Assembly: GCA_038087875.1 (NCBI GenBank)
Contig: CM075989.1
Coordinates: forward strand, 22,446,001 to 22,510,000
Source: Malacoraja senta
Lineage: Eukaryota
Direction: 5' to 3'
Length of the DNA stretch: 64,000 nt
Each line of letters starts with the position of its first letter. Positions within the stretch are counted from its first letter, which is position 1. The notes beneath the pieces are model-generated. The model was not told where the DNA came from and did not search any database. It was given only the letters and a program-made list of their open reading frames with translations. Position numbers and translations under genes: made by a program. Positions 61,451-64,000 of the stretch are shown in pieces.

Positions 61451-63737
61451 TAATCATCTTTAATTTCTATGACCATCAGGATAAACAAAATGTACATTTC
61501 AATTTTAAGTCCAGTTCGAGAAATACAAATCCAGTCGATTCCTGGGCACATCTCGTTAGGATGCTCGGTTTAAATGATGAATATGTTTTTTATTTCTCTC
61601 GCAGTGCAGGCCTTCTGCACGGAAGATGTTTATCTCCGAAGCAGGCAATTAAGTTGTACAAGGAACGCAGAACCCTGAAACAACCTTTAAAAATGAAAAG
61701 GGTTGATTTGTGCACACTGCCTGTCAATGACCCAGAAAAACGAACAAATTTGGAACGGTTCCAAAATCATATTTCAGTTCTTTTATTTTTATAACTAAAA
61801 TCTCCAGCCAACTCTAACCAGTCATGCTGAGGATAGAAGACTCTATCCTTTCAGTGGGCATGTGATTTTTTTTTTTTTTTTTCCTTGTAGTAACTGGGTC
61901 TTCTTTTCATGTTATTCCCTTCAATGAAGGACGTTCAATGTCTTATTTCAGGTCGATTGTCTGGAAACCACACATCGCGCTTTGTCTTTCCTGTCTCTGT
62001 AGATGGCCACGCACCACTTAACGGAAAAGAGTGCATTACCGTGTTAAAGGGCACAGTTCAAAGGTGACCATATTTCTCATTAAGAGAGGGATCCACAGTA
62101 TATACATAGCCAGCCTAAAATCAATATTTGTTGTGTGCACGTGATCAGCAGCGGTGAAGAATACTGTAATTGGACTCTTATGTCAAATAACCCTTGCCTT
62201 AAATAGATCTCTTCTATTTGACATTTGTTTGTTTGATCTTGTACAAGCTGCATTAGAGCTATGTTATTTCATTGCCATTTAATGTCAAAGATAACAGGTC
62301 ACTTGTGAATATTCATATCCGAGATCAAGGTTACTTTGAGTTCATTGCAGGAGGTGTGTAATTGTGTTGTTTCCGCAGTGTAGGCTGATGATTATTTTAT
62401 ACTTTATGGACAAAATCTCCCAACAGAATACCTTTAACTACTATATCTGACTCGCAAGGAATGTTTCATTGAGGCAGTTTATGTAAACAATAAAAAACAA
62501 GGTATGGATATATTATTAATATATTAAAGATATTTACTTTATCTGTCCAAATGGTTAGATTAATTTGTTATTTAATGCTCTTTAGCATACCTTATACCAC
62601 TAAAAACAGGACTAATTGTGTGTCTTTCTCTGTAGGATTGAGCATACATCAATCCCAATCGATAATTAATATTTAATCTTAATTTTAAACTTACTGTAGT
62701 CACTTCTTTTGGCCAGTTGTATTCTTACTGACATCCCATTTGAATCGGTATATTGTCATATCAATAAAAAAAAAGGCAATGAGAGCTTTTTATATTCTAA
62801 TTGGCTCAGATTTTATACATAATAAAAAATAAATAGCTTTTGTCAGTTTTTATGAATAAATAGGAAACTAAAGGGAATGAAACGAGTGGACAATAGAGGG
62901 CTGGGGATATATTGGGTGCCATTTTGCATTCATAATAAGAAGTCATTGCAAATGTCCCATCATTAATTAACTAAACTGCAGACATAATCTAATACTGATG
63001 AATTAATATTCCAACAAAAAGTTACGTGCAACACCTTCAGTATTAAAATTACTTTCCTCCTTTATATATTATTATATTTTGCTGTTACATAAGGTGTTCA
63101 TAGTTAAATTATTGTATTTGCATCTTTTTTTGCATAAACGTTATGCAATATAATTCTGCCGCGATCACATCAACTCCATTGTCTACACTGAACTGTCACT
63201 AACTGCAGCCCGTTTTCCATTGAGAAAAGAGGATTTTATTTTAGTGAATTTTGATGTATTTGAAGGGGAACGATTGTTCACTTCAGTAGGGCGAGACCAT
63301 GTTTCAATAAGACAAATGGCATTTGGGTGCTAAAATGGCAGCCAATGATAACTCATTGTAAGGAGATCGGAAGAGTAAGGATTGAATAGACTGGTAAAAG
63401 AGTAATTGAAAAGCATGTGTAGGAGAAAGAGATTTAAGTCTAAGCAATTACTTACTTAGCGAGTAGCTTCTTGCTTAACCCTTTCTCGTCCATAGTACAC
63501 TTATTCGAAGTGCTCATACTTTGTAATCCAAGGCAAAATTAAACTTAACAGCAATCTTCCAAGTTGCCTGGTTTCTCGATTTCTAAAGACCAGAGATTCC
63601 TCCTACCATTCACTCCCCACTATTGCTAAACACTGTATATTAAGTTGGCCACGGCCAAGTCTTTGATGATTATCCAAAGGGATAGAAAAAGGCCATTCAA
63701 TCCCTTTGGTCTGTTCTAGCAATCATTTATATCTTGA

Positions 63738-63871
63738 GGTGGGAGATTGCAACCTTCACGTGGTCCACCCTGTTTCGACGAATGCAATCAACCCGGCGTG
63801 CACAAGCAGAAGATCAAACAGAACGAGTTGTCTTACAACTTTAGGCTGTGCACGCCATACGCAAGAAGAAG
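63738..63871 (+). mobile_element. (AAG)n-tailed retroposon 3' end, second copy of 50360-50495
   Basis: Direct similarity between the two copies; ends gccatacgcaagaagaag. Confidence 0.75.
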
Positions 63872-64000
63872 TCAGGATCGAACCGGGGTCGCTGGCGCTG
63901 TGAGGCAGCAACTCTAGCACCTTGGTTGGAGTTGCTAATGCCAATTCTATATGTCACAAAGGCCCATCTACAAAACCTATCAGTGAAAGAAATCATCAGC

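Noticed and set aside
61393..61794. 133-aa ORF as a host exon
   Set aside because: Begins in a SINE tail, no recognisable domain, no clear donor site.

Overview
Eukaryotic, repeat-dense, apparently non-genic DNA (intergenic or inside a large intron). The repeat set (HE1-type V-SINEs with CR1-derived tails, CR1, Rex1/Babar, Penelope) points to a cartilaginous fish, probably a skate or ray; this is inference. No host protein-coding exon, tRNA or rRNA gene, or CRISPR array could be supported. Nearly all ORFs in the track are LINE remnants or chance frames. Contents: an open CR1 ORF2 endonuclease region running off the left edge; L2, Rex1/Babar and RTE fragments; about 30 tRNA-derived SINE copies; 8 PIF/Harbinger-type MITEs with TTA-type TSDs; a probable Helentron-type non-autonomous element with a 48-bp minisatellite; a candidate solo LTR; ancient LF-SINE-like and DeuSINE-like relics; and several TE-free AT-rich islands that look like conserved enhancers. 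The most notable signal is a family of more than 20 Penelope-derived segments carrying a minimal hammerhead-ribozyme motif (CUGAAGA-stem-GAAACGUC). Many sit in short fold-back insertions with their own 10-17 bp target-site duplications. Family assignments are from remembered consensus motifs, not database searches. Boundaries are approximate unless TSDs or TIRs are cited.
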